Positions 24,165 through 25,060 of a DNA stretch of 25,060 nt are shown piece after piece. This stretch comes from an uncultured Fidelibacterota bacterium (GTDB lineage: Bacteria > Fidelibacterota > Marinisomatia > Marinisomatales > TCS55): NCBI GenBank assembly GCA_937910355.1, contig CALEPA010000116.1:1-25060 (forward strand). The letters are read 5' to 3'. How positions within the stretch are numbered: position 1 is the stretch's first letter; the number at the start of each line of letters is the position of its first letter. Made by a program: the position numbers and the translations under genes. The notes under the pieces were generated by a model. It saw nothing but the letters and a program-made list of their open reading frames with translations. It was not told where the DNA came from and ran no database searches.

Positions 24165-25060
24165 CTTTTCTCTTCTCTTTGCCCCGGGGTAAACAGAGCA
24201 AGAATTCTGAAGCCCCAGGTCTCAGCATCCTTCAGGATGCTTCCGGTGCTTTGCCCGTGGGTTTACTCACGGGCGGAAGATTTCAAAATAATATAACCTT
24301 TCCCCTTTTCCCCGGGGTAAACCCCGGGGCTAAAAATTGCAAGAATTCTAAAGAATTCTGAAGCCCCCTGGTCTCAGCATCCTTCAGGATGCTTCCGGCT
24401 CTTTGCCCGTGGGTTTACTCACGGGCGGAAAGATTTCAAAATAATAAAAAACAAAAAAAGACAGTCCTTTTCCTTTTGCCCCCGGGGTAAACCCCAGGGC
24501 TAAAATATGGCAAGAATTCTAAAGAATTCTAAAAACCCGGTTCCCAGCATCCTTCAGGATGCTTCCTGCCCTTTGCCCGTGGGTTTACCACGGGAAGCAA
24601 GATTTCAAAATAATAAAAAACAAAATGGGTGCGCTCATTTCCCTTTCCCCCAGGGCTAAAAAATGGTAAGAATTCTAAAGAATTCTGAAGCCCCCGGGTC
24701 TCAGCATCCTTCAGGATGCTTCCGGCTCTTTGCCCGTGGGTTTACCCACGGGAAGGAAAGAATTCAGAATAATATCACTTTTCCCCGGGGTAAACCCCAG
24801 GGCTAAAAATTGCAAGAATTCTAAAGAATTCTGAATCCCCGGGTCTCAGCATCATTCATGATGCTTCCGGCCCTTTGCCCGTGGGTTTACCCACGGGAAG
24901 GAAAGAATTCAGAATAATATCACTTTTCCCCGGGGTAAACCCCAGGGCTAAAAAATGGTAAGAATTCTAAAGAATTCTGAAGCCCCGGGTCTCAGCATTC
25001 TTCATGATTCTTCCGGATCCTTGCTCGTCGGTCTACTTATGACAAGGAATGAATTTCGAA
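24165..25060. repeat. Tandem array of about 5.5 units of a ~145-185-bp composite palindromic element (REP/BIME-like), running to the window end
   Basis: Each unit holds, in order: (i) CCCCGGGG-taaa-CCCCRGGG; (ii) AGAATTCT-aa-AGAATTCT (two EcoRI-centred palindromes); (iii) AGCATCC-ttca-GGATGCT; (iv) CCCGTGGG-ttta-CYCACGGG; then an A-rich tail. Units start at about 24165, 24299, 24467, 24637, 24777 and 24924. Some units carry internal deletions. The last unit is degenerate. Confidence 0.85.

Noticed and set aside
24165-25060. Possible CRISPR array
   Set aside because: The whole 145-185-bp unit repeats at high identity with no unique spacers between short repeats. There are no cas genes. A RAYT gene is adjacent. 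This is a tandem REP/BIME-like array, not CRISPR.

Overview
The window looks like a bacterial chromosomal segment, probably from the FCB-group lineage given the T9SS sorting domain, and shows two clearly different compositions. Positions 1-12322 are an AT-rich (about 30% GC) exopolysaccharide/capsule locus on the minus strand. Its genes, in transcription order, are: an atypical receiver domain, a Wza-like exporter, a Wzc tyrosine autokinase, a TonB-dependent-receptor-like outer-membrane barrel, an initiating sugar-phosphate transferase with an unusual N-terminal domain, an SDR epimerase, a T9SS-sorted secreted protein, a DUF354 GT-B protein, and a partial Wzy/O-antigen-ligase-like membrane protein that runs off the window. 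From about 12.7 kb onward GC rises to about 50%. This part holds a sigma54-dependent response regulator, a 1882-aa protein whose motifs resemble two tandem aminotransferase-fold units fused to a divergent PEP-carboxylase-fold module, an SPFH/band-7 protein apparently co-transcribed with it, a divergently transcribed DtxR-family repressor/NRAMP transporter pair with a clear DtxR box, and an IS200-like HUH tyrosine transposase (RAYT) gene. The RAYT gene is flanked by a tandem array of about 180-bp units, each built from four palindromes (REP/BIME-like), which runs to the window end. All domain calls come from motif recognition by eye. No database search was run.
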